In this document: piece after piece, positions 14,937 to 16,240 of the stretch | How the letters are laid out: each line of letters opens with the position of its first letter | Numbering within the stretch: the stretch's first letter is position 1 | Virus record (IMG/VR): IMGVR_UViG_3300025011_000002 | Length of the DNA stretch: 16,240 nt | DNA from: a virus | Lineage: Duplodnaviria; Heunggongvirae; Uroviricota; Caudoviricetes | Strand: one strand, 5' to 3' | Translations under genes and position numbers: made by a program | Notes under the pieces: model-generated | Told to the model about the DNA's origin: nothing | The model's database searches: none | What the model saw: only the letters and a program-made list of their open reading frames with translations

Positions 14937-15884
14937 CTATATAACATCATCCAATAAAAGGGCAGCATCGGCACTTTGAAGAATATGTGTGAAGAACTGT
15001 TCAACTCTGATAACATCAGATTTAATTTTTTCTTCTCTATATTTAAAGATACCAATACCATTAGATGTTGTTCCTTGAGCCATATCTTCATAAAGAATTT
15101 TAGCATATCCAGCAGAACCTATTGTATTTCCACCTTTAAGATATAATAAAGCTTTATCAGTAGCTATTTGGGAAGGAGCTTGATTAGCATCACCTTCTTT
15201 GCTCGCATTAGTAACAGCTTCCATTACTTCGATATTTTGAATACCAAATAATTCTTTTAAAACAGCTAATTTAACTGTTCTAAGTTGATTATCAGGCAAT
15301 CTTCCTATAATATCAGAGTGATTTACTAATTCAAGATAAACATCTTCTGAAAGTAATAAAGAATCAGGGTTTACACCAATTTTATCTTTAACAACTTTTT
15401 TAAATGCCCACATGTTATTAATAGGGTCGCCACCGCTTGAAAGCCATTTTGTGAAGTCAGCTCCACCAGTTTTTGTAGTTCCAGCACCAGCAGCGAATAG
15501 ATTAGCATAAGCATATCTTTCATATCTTCTCATACCATTAAGCATGAATTTGTCTGCGATGTCTTGTTCTACAGAAACAGGAACGATTTGTCTTTCTCTA
15601 TCATCAATAGCTTCTTCAAGACCGTAATCTTTTGTTAAGAAGCTATTGTTTCCATAGTTGCTTTTTGTTCTTTTGTATTCAGAACCAGGGTTTCTTTCAA
15701 CGATTTCATCTGTTTGAAAATCTCTGGCGTTAAATGTGTTATAATTTCCATTAGGTCCATCAACTTTTACAAAAGGGAAAGCTTTTAAAGCTACGAATGT
15801 GTCCAATTGAGGTCTTAAAGCTTCTGCTGCGGAAACTGTATAGACTTTTTGGAAAGTTGCCTTAGTTATTCCGTCAATACTCAT
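14937..15884 (-). CDS. Major capsid protein (HK97 fold, lambda gpE-like family)
   Basis: 315 aa; AFPFVKVD...Y..F...RNPGSE...F...DYGLEEAIDD.E; G.DPIN...KIGVNPDSLLLS..VY..L.NH.DI; follows the decoration gene and precedes a terminator; SD AAGGA. Confidence 0.92.
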   Translation of the reverse strand: MSIDGITKATFQKVYTVSAAEALRPQLDTFVALKAFPFVKVDGPNGNYNTFNARDFQTDEIVERNPGSEYKRTKSNYGNNSFLTKDYGLEEAIDDRERQIVPVSVEQDIADKFMLNGMRRYERYAYANLFAAGAGTTKTGGADFTKWLSSGGDPINNMWAFKKVVKDKIGVNPDSLLLSEDVYLELVNHSDIIGRLPDNQLRTVKLAVLKELFGIQNIEVMEAVTNASKEGDANQAPSQIATDKALLYLKGGNTIGSAGYAKILYEDMAQGTTSNGIGIFKYREEKIKSDVIRVEQFFTHILQSADAALLLDDVI

Positions 15885-15914
15885 TATTTGTATTTCCTTT
15901 TCTTATTCTATATC

Positions 15915-16240
15915 TTACTTAACGTGTAAATCTTTTTTATAAACTAATACTAACTGGTCTACTGCTGTAGCTGCTTCATAAGCAATAGCAATAACTTTAT
16001 CATCACCAGTTCCACCAGCAGCAACTAATTTTCCATCTGCATCTGTTTTAAGTTCTGTTCCTACTGCGAATGTTTCGCCAGCTTTTGCTTTAACAAATCC
16101 ATGAACACAAACGGTCATAGAATAACCATTACCTTCTGGAACTTTTGTTATAATAGCTTCTGCTTGTTCGTTAGCACCAGCTTTAACACATGTTGGTAAT
16201 GTTGAATTTGTAGCACCAACAGAAAGCTTAACTGCTAAAC
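15915..16240 (-). CDS. Capsid decoration / cement protein (DUF2190-like), 5'-truncated by the window edge
   Basis: The frame of the 67-aa track ORF is open to the window end: ...LAVKLSVGATNSTLPTCVKAGANEQAEAIITKVPEGNGYSMTVCVHGFVKAKAGETFAVGTELKTDADGKLVAA...IAIAYEAATAVDQLV. The V.AG.A.AVG..L..DADGK motif is characteristic. Confidence 0.85.
   Translation of the reverse strand, partial: LAVKLSVGATNSTLPTCVKAGANEQAEAIITKVPEGNGYSMTVCVHGFVKAKAGETFAVGTELKTDADGKLVAAGGTGDDKVIAIAYEAATAVDQLVLVYKKDLHVK

Noticed and set aside
14918-15106. 62-aa minus-strand ORF overlapping the capsid gene 3' end
   Set aside because: An alternate-frame overlap ending inside the terminator; I saw no slippery site or SD to support it.
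216-15917. Stop-codon reassignment (TAG to Gln, or TGA to Trp/Gly)
   Set aside because: Of 21 called genes with a visible stop, 17 end in TAA, 4 in TAG and none in TGA. All structural genes appear full length under the standard code. Reading through TAG at 14937, 14335 or 9989 reaches another stop within a few codons. There is no sign of recoding.
1-16240. Tailocin or extracellular contractile injection system; also CRISPR array, tRNA, DGR, intron or intein
   Set aside because: Capsid, decoration and head-tail genes show a complete virion. I saw no repeat-spacer array, cloverleaf, template/variable repeat pair or split gene.

Overview
This window is a contiguous virion-morphogenesis operon of an AT-rich tailed phage or prophage with a contractile tail (myovirus-type), encoded on the minus strand. 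In transcription order (right to left) it holds: capsid decoration protein (5'-truncated), major capsid protein, an intrinsic terminator, a post-capsid accessory protein, four neck or head-tail proteins, sheath, tube, tail assembly chaperone with a -1 frameshift extension, tape measure protein, baseplate tube initiator, plug, hub, spike, three wedge proteins, tail fibre, and a 3'-truncated gene. One free-standing HNH-type endonuclease gene sits antisense between hub and spike with its own near-consensus sigma70 promoter. Most notable: (1) the post-capsid protein ends in a domain resembling the N-terminal domain of translation initiation factor IF2; (2) two tandem A_AAA_AAG slippery sites at the chaperone frameshift; (3) the antisense endonuclease shares a TTAA stop overlap with the hub gene; (4) a discoidin-like module inside the tail fibre; (5) a very basic insert in the hub; (6) paired intergenic motifs. 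All family assignments come from motif recognition and synteny; no database search was run.
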